Positions 13,681 through 25,179 of a DNA stretch of 60,381 nucleotides are shown here, piece after piece. Position 1 is the stretch's first letter, and each line of letters begins with the position of its first letter. Below the pieces are notes generated by a model. The model worked only from the letters and a program-made list of their open reading frames with translations, was not told where the DNA came from and did not search any database. The position numbers were made by a program, and so were the translations under genes. Where the stretch lies: the NCBI RefSeq assembly GCF_001194135.2, contig NC_068994.1:56959849-57020229 (forward strand), read 5' to 3'. The stretch comes from Octopus bimaculoides (Eukaryota).

Positions 13681-14651
13681 TGACATCACTTGATATCAGA
13701 GTGTAACAGAGAAGACATTATAACTGGCATCTCAATTTAAATGTGTTCTGTCTTTAAAACTAATATGGCATTACAAAGCAGCAGAAGGAAGCAGAATGAT
13801 ATTACCATCTGTTTACTGTGATTAATTCTCAGTTTGTGGTAGCATTTCTATTAAGTCACACAGCTTGATACTCGCAAGAAGATTAAAACTTGTGATATAC
13901 TTTATTAATGAATAACCAATATATCTTATTGAGATGTGTCAAAAACCTAGCAAGCCAGCTAAAGATATCTATAAATTTCTGAAAGAACTAGAATTAAATT
14001 CGCTGCTATAGTATAGACATCTTAATGACAGATCAACTATAAATGAAATATAAAGAAATTCTGATAAGAAACAAAGAAACGACAAGGCAAAAATGTAGAA
14101 CAAAAAAAAACAATGTAAAAATGTAAAAACATCGACCGAAACACAAAGCGAAAAACACAGCAAAATGAATCGTATTACTTTGGGGAAATTATATTGTCTC
14201 TTTAATAATTCTTCTATATTACTATCATTTATTTCAAATAAAAGTTTATGTAATTAATTCTACATTCAGATAAAGGTTATCGTTTTATTTGTGTCTATAT
14301 CTACAGAGGAGGAAATAATGTGGAGTATACGAGAGAAAATATGGTTTGCTTCGTAGTTGAAGAGGGTAATTCGAAAAAATTGTCTAAATACGACATTTGC
14401 TCTTCGTGTGAAAAATCTAAGTATCAGAAATAATCATGCTGGCGGTTTTTATTACGTAAATATGTGCTCAGCACTCTCTTTAGAATTAATAGATAATTAA
14501 TCTCGTTTCTTACAAAATACTTTCTTTTAATTAGTGAGTTTTCACTATGTCAGTAAGCAATGGCAGAGATTATACTTCTAATGGTGAAGCTTAACGCATC
14601 ATAAAAGTTTGGTGTTGTCTCCCTTGCGTGATCAACTAAACAATAATAATG

Positions 14652-14978
14652 ATACGTTTAAATTGATGCCACAATCTTGAGGGAGGAGTTAAGTGGATTA
14701 CATCGACCCCCAGTGTTAAATTGGAACTTATTTTATCGGCAACAAAAGGATGAAGAGCAAAGTCAGTCTCAGCGGAACTTGAACTAACAACGTGAAGACG
14801 GACGAAATGCAGCTAAAAATTTTGCCTGNNNNNNNNNNNNNNNNNNNNNNNNNNNNNNNNNNNNNNNNNNNNNNNNNNNNNNNNNNNNNNNNNNNNNNNN
14901 NNNNNNNNNNNNNNNNNNNNNNNNNNNNNNNNNNNNNNNNNNNNNNNNNGCGTGCTAATGATTCTGCCAGCTCACCGA
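14652..14978 (-). mobile_element. tRNA-derived SINE family A, split by an N-gap
   Basis: aagtggattacatcgacccccagtg...ggatgaagagcaaagtcagtctcagcggaacttgaactaacaacgtgaagacggacgaaatg...tttgcctg[N]gcgtgctaatgattctgccagctcaccg. Homologous to 15061, 22011, 22241 and 27459. Confidence 0.85.
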
Positions 14979-15000
14979 CTTATTATTATTAATAATAATA

Positions 15001-15060
<60 letters not shown>

Positions 15061-15062
<2 letters not shown>

Positions 15063-15252
15063 CTTTTCTACTATAGGCACAAGGCCAGAAATTTAGTAGG
15101 AGGGGAATAGTCAATTACATCAACCCCAGCACTTCACTGACACTTAATTTATCAACCCCGAAAGGATGAAAGGCAAAGTTGACCTCGGCGGAATTTGAAC
15201 TCAGAACGTAGCGAAGGGTAGAATACCGCTAAGCATTTCGTCCAGCGTGCTA

Positions 15253-15253
<1 letters not shown>
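15061..15253 (-). mobile_element. SINE family A, 5'-clipped, flanked by (TAA)n on both sides
   Basis: Minus-strand B box GAGTTCAAATTCC; central ...gaggtcaactttgcctttcatcctttcggggttgataaatt...; (TTA)n tail at 14985-15060; further (TAA)n at 15254-15303. Confidence 0.88.
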
Positions 15254-15306
<53 letters not shown>

Positions 15307-16444
15307 AATGAGAACAAAAAGACAACAAAATCTTGTATGGATGCTAAAATTCATTGTGGCTTATGAATAAACTATATTTTAAACTAAGTCTAACAATATT
15401 ACTTACTCTTCATAAAGAAAGCAACATCTAACTGTGATACTGTGATTTACCGTTATAAAAAGGACAGAAGCAGATGTCAAAATATCAGTGTGTTAATACG
15501 TGACAACAGCTAGATTGTATGGGACAGACGTAATAGAAGAAAATAGAAACTGGATAAGACCCCCTTGCGGGGACAGACGGACAGCGACCGCCTGCCAGAA
15601 GATCGTAGCTCATTTTACTAGAAAACGTTAGTAAAATCTTCTTCAGTTTACTTTCTACAGCGCAAAGGTCTGTTAAAACACTTAATAGTAAACCCTACAT
15701 CCCCAGCCGAATTCCATTGACTCGAAACTGCCTAGAAGAATATAAATCCAAACATTTCTAAATCATTTAAAATTCTGATGGAGAAGAATCATTAATTTTA
15801 GCTGAACACTATCACATACGATTTAGTTTAACGTTTACACCATTCCTTTGTAAATCCTACTTAACATGCATCACACAAATCTTGTATATTCCATCATAAA
15901 GGAACGTATTCCCTCGAATATAAATTATTATCGATTCTGTTTCTCAATCCACACGGTAAATAATTAATTGGTGTTTGGTTTTACGAAATTTTTATTGGAG
16001 ATGTCCGTGTTGCATTAACAGCATGCCAAAACCAGTATTAAATTTTGGATTCATCCTCCTGGTTACTGTATTACTCTTCGATTTCGAGAAATCCCAAAAT
16101 CTCTCGTAAGATTCTTTTCTTTTAGAGTTCATAACACACAGCTGCTTAAACCTGCGGATTCTCTAACTGTAACCAACTTTTTCATACTACATATGGGCAG
16201 ATGACTTGGAAAATTGTCAGTATTAGAAAAACGATGGACTCCGGGGAAAATAATGAGACTTCTCGGTTTTATGGTCTACGTTTCATATCCAAATAGTTTC
16301 GTATTCTTGTAATTGTATTCCTAATTCTCCACTAAATCATATCTTTATTTGTAATCAACGAGACAACCTCTATACGATTCCTCAACAGACAAGAAATTAA
16401 TGGTAGTCTCTCGTGGCCCGAGAAATACTGTTCTGCGATTAATG

Positions 16445-16690
16445 TCTGAACAACCTGTACAAATGATTTGTTTGTTCGTGATAAAATGCATGTGCTGCTC
16501 ATTAGCTCTCCCCGTCTATTAGATCGATGTTGCCGAAGCAGGTGCATTGTGTACCACACGTCTGGTGTCGATGTGATCGCAGAGCAATATGTGATGTGTT
16601 TTGCTGAAGAACACAACGTGCCATCCAGTTCAGGAACTGAAGCCTCGATCTCGCTACAGCGAGTGCAACACCCCAACCACTTGGCCACTA
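16445..16690 (-). mobile_element. tRNA-derived SINE with a family C-type head/core and a distinct 3' tail
   Basis: Minus strand gtggccaagtggttggggtgttgcactcgc...ttcagttcctg...gttgtgttcttcagcaaaacac..ttgctctgcgatcac. The head and core resemble family C; the downstream sequence does not. Confidence 0.7.
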
Positions 16691-17478
16691 TTATTATTCA
16701 GGCCACTGCTTGGAAGCAAACTTAGAATTTTGCGGTTAGTAGCCCCTGCTCTTAAACACTGCGCAATATGACGAGGACAAATATTCGTCAAATGTAAGTA
16801 ATGTACATAATTCCTCATCGCTTAAATATACAACTGTACCATCGTTCTCTACGATAAAGTTTGTCCCTTTGTCGGGGTTTATGCTCTTGCGCGATGCATG
16901 GCAACCTCATTAGTGCTGGTGCCATGTAGAAAGAGCACATCACACGAAATTTTGATAATGCTTCCTCAAAGAGTTGTTTTAAAGACACAATACAATATGT
17001 GTTAGCCAATAATGATAAACAACTCAATATAAATAGAATAAAAATGGTCTTACCCAAACTTTTTTGTTTAAATCTTTTCTAATACAGCCAAAAATTTACA
17101 AAAGTGGAATCTTTAATCTTAAAGTTAATAACTTTCTATGACGGAATTATAAATACATACACACACACAAACTCACACACACACACGCACACGCACGCAG
17201 CCACACTCTCACACGCACACACATACACAAATATATGATATATTCGTTGTAATTACCCCAGCGATTCCGGACATAAATCACTTCAAGCGGAAAACTTGGA
17301 ACACGTTAAATGCAATGGTTTAGTATCACTTTAAAAGCTTACAGTATTTAGACATTCCGTTGATAAATTGCTTCGAACATCATTAAACTAATTGCCATAA
17401 AGTAATTGCCATACTAGTAAACATTAAACCATACTGCCATATTGTAGCAGAAGAATCTCTGAACATATATACGTGATA

Positions 17479-17543
17479 TTTTACTTGTTTCGGTCACTAA
17501 GACTGCGGCCATGCTAAATCACCACATTCAAAGGTTTCAGTAG
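17479..17543 (-). mobile_element. SINE family B, 3'-end fragment
   Basis: Minus strand gtggtgatttagcatggccgcagtcttagtgaccgaaacaagtaaaa matches the 3' ends of the copies at 29251 and 35701. Confidence 0.7.
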
Positions 17544-18740
17544 CGCATATACACTCGTCACATACCCACACTTCGAGTGTTAGCCTCTTTCTTAATTATA
17601 ACGACCTCTATTTATCCAGAAGCTAAGCTACCACTTTCGACGTAAAGAGACGCAATTTACGTTAAACACCGACAAGAATACACGTTGGCATATATGGGTC
17701 CGTATCCCTGCAGGCTATCATTTATTCAGGGGCTACAATAGAACATACTAGATTCGGGTATCGTGCAGAGGTATCCTAAACAGAATATACATTAAGTGTG
17801 ACACAAGGTTACCCTTGGTTTCGCACATGAAGCATAGTCTTCCTTGTGACAATACGCAATGATGGTGAATGGAATGTGTTCAAACGGATGCTTTCTGAAT
17901 GAACGTTGACTTATGCTGAAATTAAGAAAAACTGAAGCAAAAAGCATTATAACAAACAGAGAAAGCGAAAAATATATTAATGATATCAGAGAAAAGACGT
18001 AACATAAAATGTTTTCAATAACATAAGAGTGTATTATAATAAACCAGGTTTTTCGAAACATAAATACTAATCTGCATGTGTTTTTCTCTTCTTCTATTTT
18101 TATCTATCCGAATTTACGAATGAAACTGCTTCAGTGCATTACAAATTAGAGACTGTTCTAATGATACAGTTCACTCACCTTAAAACACACACAGGACCAA
18201 GTAAAATACTGAATTAATAATTCAACAGTGTTTTCACAACTTCACTAATAGACATCGAAATAGGAATATATTAAGTGAGCCGCTTGTATTCGTCAATGCT
18301 ACAGCTTTGCATAAACAAGTGGCAACATTGAATTACAACGACATGAATATTTCATTTAAAATTTGTTAGAAAGAGAACATTAATGGTCGGCTGCATCGAA
18401 TCTTACAACATTTCTACTCAGATTATGAATTTATATTTATATTCATAAACATTGCCACGTTTCGTTATACTTCTAATTGAAGTATTAAATAAAATCTGAA
18501 GAAAAAAAGAAAGAAATACCTGATGTTTTATGCTAGGTTCTGGTCTTCAATAAATTTAATTTGTATGCGGAACAGTTGGGGTATGTAAGAGTTTTCTGAA
18601 ATGAATGATGTAACTATATTTTTATTGTTATTTAAATTCCAGTGAGGACGATGTCTTCCTGAATGAGACGCTATCAAGTTCGTTGTATGGATACTTTATA
18701 TAATTCAGAAAAAGAGAGAGTTTTTACATACATACTCACA

Positions 18741-19000
18741 GTTACGGGAATGTAAAGAAACTTGTCAAAGGGTTGTGGGGGACAAACACAATCACGAAGA
18801 CACAAACACATTGATATATAAATACAAGCACACACACACACACACATATAACGGTTCTTCAGTTTATGCTTTCAAAATCCACCCACAAGACTTTGGTCGG
18901 CCCAGGGTTTCTAGAAGAACTCCCTTATCAAAAGTGCCATACAGTTGGATTGAAACCGGAACTAAGTGGTTGACTGTCGAACATCATACTACATAGCAAC
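18741..19000 (-). mobile_element. SINE family B, degenerate, with an internal (CA)n
   Basis: gttacgggaatgtaaa...gtcaaag..gggggacaaacac...(CA)n..ttcttcagttt..aaatccacccacaagactttggtcggccc...gtgccatacag..gattgaaaccggaact aligns to 29251-29696. Confidence 0.75.
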
Positions 19001-19028
19001 ATGCATACAGACGCAGAAACGTACCTAC

Positions 19029-19083
19029 CTAGGCAGAAATAGCAGCCAAACGTTCTTCAGATCACCATCTACAGTCCTTTTTA
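19029..19083 (+). mobile_element. Repeat family D fragment (strand arbitrary)
   Basis: gaaatagcagccaaa followed by similar sequence recurs at 19735-19750 and, inverted, at 19655-19680. Confidence 0.5.
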
Positions 19084-19448
19084 ATGGCGGGAGCACAATG
19101 ACCATGGCATTTTCAGGGCCTCGAGACCTTTGCGGACGAAGGGAATAAAGCAATACCTGACCAGAAGTTTGTCTCTAAAGTTCTTCGAAATAAAGTAGAT
19201 TCTGGTAAAGATTTCGAAGTGTCAGGATGTGATATTAAATCCAGCATGATGATTGGTTCAGAAATTTCTTTCATAATAACATGGAATTGGTTTCTATATC
19301 ACTTAAATTTGGACAAATATGCTATCGAACAACCCTGGTACAAGCCAATTATTGTGATTGAAAATGAATTTAGGGTAGCTTTCTGTTGTCCATTGGATAG
19401 TCCCTTGCTATGTGCGCTTTGATGCAAAATTGGCTACGAATTAGGATT

Positions 19449-19480
19449 CATCGACCATGTAAATCCATCGACCATGTAAA
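19449..19480 (+). repeat. 17-bp tandem duplication CATCGACCATGTAAATC
   Basis: Direct reading; the second copy has 15 of 17 bp. Confidence 0.9.
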
Positions 19481-19514
19481 GATTTATTGGTGTTTATTGG
19501 TAGGTGTTTGGACT

Positions 19515-19710
19515 CAAATAAACTTTGATCAACTCCATCCATGATCAAAAGCATACTCGACGTAACTACGCCATTTTTTCTTTATCTTTGTGCAAAGAAC
19601 CTAGGGCCACCATTATCCAGCGTCTTATTTTTTAAGACATCAGGATATGGTTTGAGGGATATTTGGCCGCTACTTTTAGCATAAGGCGCAACCATGAAGA
19701 AGCTTTCTCA
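19515..19710 (-). mobile_element. Repeat family D fragment, opposite orientation to its neighbours
   Basis: tgagggatatttggccgctactttt is 17/25 identical to the reverse complement of ggaaatagcagccaaactctcctca. atgatcaaaagcat..ccattttt mirrors aaggacgggatgg..atgattatagg in the next copy. Confidence 0.5.
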
Positions 19711-19728
19711 ATAGTTTATAATAATAGG

Positions 19729-19920
19729 AGACTGGAAATAGCAGCCAAACTCTCCTCATATCAGATCAATTCTATTTTGGATACAGTGGATATAATATAA
19801 TAAAAAGAAATAGTAAATGCATCAATACATTTTGAGAAAAAAGGACGGGATGGTCTCAGATGGAAAGCCAATGATTATAGGTTTGCTAGTTCAATCAGAG
19901 TTAATCTCGGCCAAACCAAC
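19729..19920 (+). mobile_element. Repeat family D fragment
   Basis: See the two neighbouring family D fragments. Confidence 0.5.
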
Positions 19921-21362
19921 ACTTTCAGGATGCGGCGGAAAACCGTCCCATATTTCAAACGGTCATTCCTGTGGGACAACTAAAGTCAGTTAAATGGTAA
20001 TCATATCTTCGTATACATAACACATTAACGTTTTACTGTTGTTGTTTTCCAACATAGTTTCGACTGGTATAAACTGTGCATTTTACTTTGGAAACTGTTG
20101 CCAACTTCTACAATGTGGGAGGTTTTTTGCCGCACACTATATAACCTTTGTGATTAATTCTATATTTCGTTTTGGCTCTCATACCTCAGTCCGGCCATAT
20201 TGAAATGTATTATTATATTTGCTTAGGATTAATTAACTGTCTTGATGGAATAATAATACCAAAGGTCATTTTAACAGCCCGACTGCCATACTGCGTATCG
20301 AAATTTCTCCAAAGTGCAGCAAGGTGCATTCTATGGTGTGTACATTTAGTGACACTATAATTAAGAGGAATGGAAAGGAAGCGTAATTAATATACATGTA
20401 ATTATAGGTCTCATAAATATTACATATTATCGACGTCTAAATGTGCGTACATTTCTAGAAATTCCCCCACACACACAAACATATACACATATATACGCCG
20501 TACACATGCATATATGTATATATATGTATATATATATATATATANNNNNNNNNNNNNNNNNNNNNNNNNNNNNNNNNNNNNNNNNNNNNNNNNNNNNNNN
20601 NNNNNNNNNNNNNNNNNNNNNNNNNNNNNNNNNNNNNNNNNNNNNNNNNNNNNNNNNNNNNNNNNNNNNNNNNNNNNNNNNNNNNNNNNNNNNNNNNNNN
20701 NNNNNNNNNNNNNNNNNNNNNNNNNNNNNNNNNNNNNNNNNNNNNNNNNNNNNNNNNNNNNNNNNNNNNNNNNNNNNNNNNNNNNNNNNNNNNNNNNNNN
20801 NNNNNNNNNNNNNNNNNNNNNNNNNNNNNNNNNNNNNNNNNNNNNNNNNNNNNNNNNNNNNNNNNNNNNNNNNNNNNNNNNNNNNNNNNNNNNNNNNNNN
20901 NNNNNNNNNNNNNNNNNNNNNNNNNNNNNNNNNNNNNNNNNNNNNNNNNNNNNNNNNNNNNNNNNNNNNNNNNNNNNNNNNNNNNNNNNNNNNNNNNNNN
21001 NNNNNNNNNNNNNNNNNNNNNNNNNNNNNNNNNNNNNNNNNNNNNNNNNNNNNNNNNNNNNNNNNNNNNNNNNNNNNNNNNNNNNNNNNNNNNNNNNNNN
21101 NNNNNNNNNNNNNNNNNNNNNNNNNNNNNNNNNNNNNNNNNNNNNNNNNNNNNNNNNNNNNNNNNNNNNNNNNNNNNNNNNNNNNNNNNNNNNNNNNNNN
21201 NNNNNNNNNNNNNNNNNNNNNNNNNNNNNNNNNNNNNNNNNNNNNNNNNNNNNNNNNNNNNNNNNNNNNNNNNNNNNNNNNNNNNNNNNNNNNNNNNNNN
21301 NNNNNNNNNNNNNNNNNNNNNNNNNNNNNNNNNNNNNNNNNNNNNNNNNNNNNNNNNNNNNN

Positions 21363-21426
<64 letters not shown>

Positions 21427-21835
21427 TCACACATACACGCATATTGAGATCAATTTATTTGGATATACATTCATGTATGCATAGGAAAATATGTATCGAG
21501 GCATAATAGCATTTAAGTATGGATGCTTGCACTCATGTAATCATGTATTATGCATGAAATATCTATGTATATAATTGCTTATTTGCTTGGTTACATATTT
21601 AGTCTATAATCAATATTTCCATTTATCTTTTATGAACCTAACCAATTTGACGGATGTAGCATACAGTTAACTACGAACCTAAATCAGGGATTCATTTCCG
21701 CTCCTAGCCATATCTACTTTCTAAAGATAAGGAACTTTCACATAATATACATGTTTTATGCTGTAATACTATTAAGTACTAATATATACGACTTCATTTC
21801 TATCATGTGCTTTCACCATTACAAACGTCGTAGTG

Positions 21836-22010
21836 AAGGCGCGTGGTTCAGGGGTTACGGTGTTCGGCTCACGTTTGTAAGGCCGTGAGTTCGAGTCCTG
21901 GCATCGAGTTGTGTCATTGAGCAAGCTACTTTATTTCACATTGCTCCAGTGCTCTCAGCTGTCAAAACTGAGCATTACCTTTATTTCAAAGAGACATCCT
22001 TGCTTTCACA
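21836..22010 (+). mobile_element. tRNA-derived SINE family C, 3'-truncated
   Basis: aaggcgcgtggttcaggggttacggtgttcggctcacg..gtgaGTTCGAGTCCtgg..gtgtcattgagcaagctactttatttcacattgctccagt. Confidence 0.85.
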
Positions 22011-22222
22011 TTGGTTTCAAAGTTTTTGGCACAAGGATATGAACTTCGTAGGAGAGGGTAAGTCGATTACTTCAACCCCAGTGCTCAACTGGTAGTTATT
22101 TTAACGATCACCAAAGGGTGAATTGAAAAGACGTCTTCGGCGGATTTTCAATTCATATTGTAAAGACGTATAAAATGCCGCCGAGCATTTTGTAGGGCGT
22201 GCTAACGATTTTGCTAGCTCGC
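22011..22222 (-). mobile_element. SINE family A
   Basis: aagtcgattacttcaaccccagtgctcaactggtagttatt...gtaaagacgtataaaatgccgccgagcatttt..gcgtgctaacgattttgctagctcgc. Confidence 0.82.
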
Positions 22223-22240
22223 AATGATGATCATAATAAT

Positions 22241-22432
22241 AATGGTTTCAAATTTTGGTACAACGCCAGCAAATTCTAGGCAGTGATTAAGTCGATTACA
22301 TGAACCCCTGTTCTCCAGAAAGGATGAAAGGCAAAGTCGACCTCAGTGGAATTTGAAGTCAGAACGTAACGACGGACGAAACACTACTAAGCATTTTGAC
22401 CGATGTGTTTACGATTCTGCGAGGTCACCGCT
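22241..22432 (-). mobile_element. SINE family A with an internal deletion
   Basis: aaaggatgaaaggcaaagtcgacctcagtggaatttgaagtcagaacgtaacgacggacgaaa; the 3' end is followed by a short (TTA)-like tail. Confidence 0.85.
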
Positions 22433-23608
22433 TTATATTTGGTTTCCTATTGTCTCGAATAAAGGAAGGATAATGGCTGCTGGAGTTGACTTGGGGGTTA
22501 AGCAAAGCGGCAGCCACCGTCATTGCAACGATCACCTTCACGAACAATACCATCAATACTACCGCCACATCCATCACCACCATCACCAACAATAACAACA
22601 ACTAGAACAACACCAACAACCACAGCCACCACAAAAACTACAAGTTATATAACAAAAGAGAAGATTTTTAGCTGCATTGTTTTTATAAGCAAATTTGCAA
22701 GACAATATTGAAATATTCTAAAAGCGTAAAAGGAAATAATTCCGACCAAAATAACTTTGACATCCACAAGAATAGAAGTCGATTCTATTATATTGTTTAT
22801 GAGGCTTTTCTTACTGCAAGTTAAGTAAGCGAAAAATCAAAAGTTTCTCACTAACCTCAATGTTAAAAGCGCCATTCTTCAAACATTTTCTCATTCAAGC
22901 TCTGTCTCACAAACACAAATGCATTCTCTCTCTCCCTTTCTCTCCCTCTCCCTCTGTCTCTCCCTTTGTCTCTCTCTACCTTTCTCGCTCCTTCGTGTTG
23001 TCTATGTTGCTCTATCATGCCCTACCCTTCTTCTGTCTTGTATACAAACACCGCTATACAATGTCTGGCTCTGTTTGTCTGCCTGTTTCAGTCTGTCTGT
23101 CTCTTTGTCTCTCTCCATCAATCTCTCTATCGGTCTATTTATCGTCCTGTACCAAACTCTCTTTCGCATACACACACANNNNNNNNNNNNNNNNNNNNNN
23201 NNNNNNNNNNNNNNNNNNNNNNNNNNNNNNNNNNNNNNNNNNNNNNNNNNNNNNNNNNNNNNNNNNNNNNNNNNNNNNNNNNNNNNNNNNNNNNNNNNNN
23301 NNNNNNNNNNNNNNNNNNNNNNNNNNNNNNNNNNNNNNNNNNNNNNNNNNNNNNNNNNNNNNNAAAATGACCGTCAAACAGGGGGAAATTACTGTGTGGT
23401 TGACCGTTATTAAAACAAAAGATCTATTAGAATGACCGCTAAGTGAGGGGCGGGAGTAAGGGTAAGGGAGTAAAAATGTTCATAGCGATAGAATATGCAC
23501 CAGGCTTTAAAACTACTGGCGTCCATTCGTTCGAATAAATTTATCAATGAAGCACCCTAGCATAGACGCAGTCTGATGACCGAATAATCCAGAAAGAGAG
23601 AGAGACAA

Positions 23609-23658
<50 letters not shown>

Positions 23659-23981
23659 AGACACACAGACAAATAGACAGACAGTCAGGGCAATCGTCGA
23701 GAAGCTGCCATTCATTAATGGCGGTGTTAACATGATATATCAATCAAAGACTAGATGAGATATGCGAAAGTTCAGTGAGTGATCGATAGATCAATAGAAA
23801 CCAATTAGTAGGTGTAATCATTTCTGATTTGACATTCATCATAAATTATTTCTTATATGTCATAATTATTTCCTTACCTAAAAACTATAAACAGTTGTAC
23901 CGACACAGGAAGTATTTGAACCTACTATCATCGAAAAGGAAATATGCTGACTTATTGCTACGGCTGTTCGATAATGAATGT

Positions 23982-24600
23982 AGAATAATTTTAAAAATTG
24001 CTACCCCGCTGTGGTCTCCCAACACCGAACAAAACATTTCGTGAATTGAGTTACTCCAAGGATTATTTAGTTAAAAAAATTATTGGTTTGACTGACGTTG
24101 ATTATTGGGACCGCCTGAAATCATTGAACCTTGATTTCTCCAACACCACCGTGAGTGCGACATAATTTGCAGAATGTGGAGAATATACTACCAGCATTAC
24201 CCAAAACACATTTACATAAGACTGGAATTTCATCCAAGGCTGGAGCCACGTGCCATACGCCCCCTACACAATTCAACCTCATAGCACATGAATTCATCGC
24301 AACACAATTTTTTTCCCAGAACAGGCTCTTCTCTATTTAACATTATCCAAAAACAAATCAAAGAAGAAAATGATTTCGCCATTTTCAAACAAATCCTGGA
24401 CCAATTTCTTTAAGGAATACCAAGTAAGCCACATATACCTGGGTATATCTCAGTCAACAACAATTCTCTACTTGAATGAACCATGATTCCTTTAAACTTG
24501 TCTTTAAAATGTCTTAGCAAATCATATCAGGTGGTGCTATTAAGCTACACATGGCCTGGGCCAATCTTTGGCCGAAACATGTCTAAGTTATCTAAGTTAT
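23982..24600 (+). mobile_element. 5'-truncated, decayed CR1/L2-group LINE: ORF2 C-terminus, 3' UTR and a (TCTAAGTTA)2 terminal repeat
   Basis: Manual translation with two frameshifts: ..ATPLWSPNTEQNIS*IELLQGLFS / KIIGLTDVDYWDRLKSLNL / LQHHRECDIICRMWRI..HPRLEPRAIRP..NFFPRTGSSLFNII..FKQILDQFL*GIPSKPHIPGYISVNNNSLLE* (stop 24477-24479). This matches the known CR1/L2-group C-terminal pattern WSP..IE.VQR.FTK.I.GL..L.YW.RL..LNL.SL.RRR...GP.LFN.LP...FK..LD.FL..IPD.P..PGY...NSL. Confidence 0.85.
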
Positions 24601-25179
24601 TACTTATTTAAAGTTATCAATTATTGATGATATAATATAGTGAGAGTTTATCGATTTGCTTTTAGGTCGAACATTATTGTACTCGAGCACAATGAATTCG
24701 GTTAAGTAATGTTAATTAAATAGATTTATTTAATTTGAGTAACTACTGACAAATTACAAAGAATTCTTGTGATCATCATCTCTAAATGATTTCTCCGATA
24801 AATCTAAATTCGTAGATTCCAGTCTTGATATGAATAAGAGTAAAGGACTTTAACCGTTCTTCTGGTGAGAGTTATATTCTGATGATATTACAATCAACGA
24901 TTCATTACATTATATAATTTTCCCCCACCTACATTCTCCTCTCCGACACCTCACTCCTCCCAAAGCATTAACGCGACCTTAAAGCTGACGACAGAATAAA
25001 CCATTCAGACAGTAGCAGACAATTCCATTAGAATTCTCCCTCACATATAACTGATGAATAGCTGTGTTGGTCTTCATTAGTGCCTATTGACTAATGTCGT
25101 TTTGTCCAGAGCTTTTTCTTGGATAGTATCTTTAGTGTGCATCAATGAAAAGACTGAAATACTGTCTAACCTTTAGGTA

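Noticed and set aside
16332-16725. ORFs of 118 aa and 85 aa
   Set aside because: They overlap a SINE-like element almost entirely and resemble no protein.
23573-23600. CTGATGA..GAAA hammerhead candidate (similar CTGATGA at about 24879, 25051, 27212, 34341 and 41053)
   Set aside because: No complementary stem II between the core and GAAA.
24551-24585. Hammerhead ribozyme in the LINE 3' UTR (hairpin-GAAAC-ATGT-C)
   Set aside because: Stem II, GAAA and a palindrome are present, but there is no CTGANGA core (only CTG) and no stem I. It is better explained as the LINE 3' recognition hairpin shared with SINE B.
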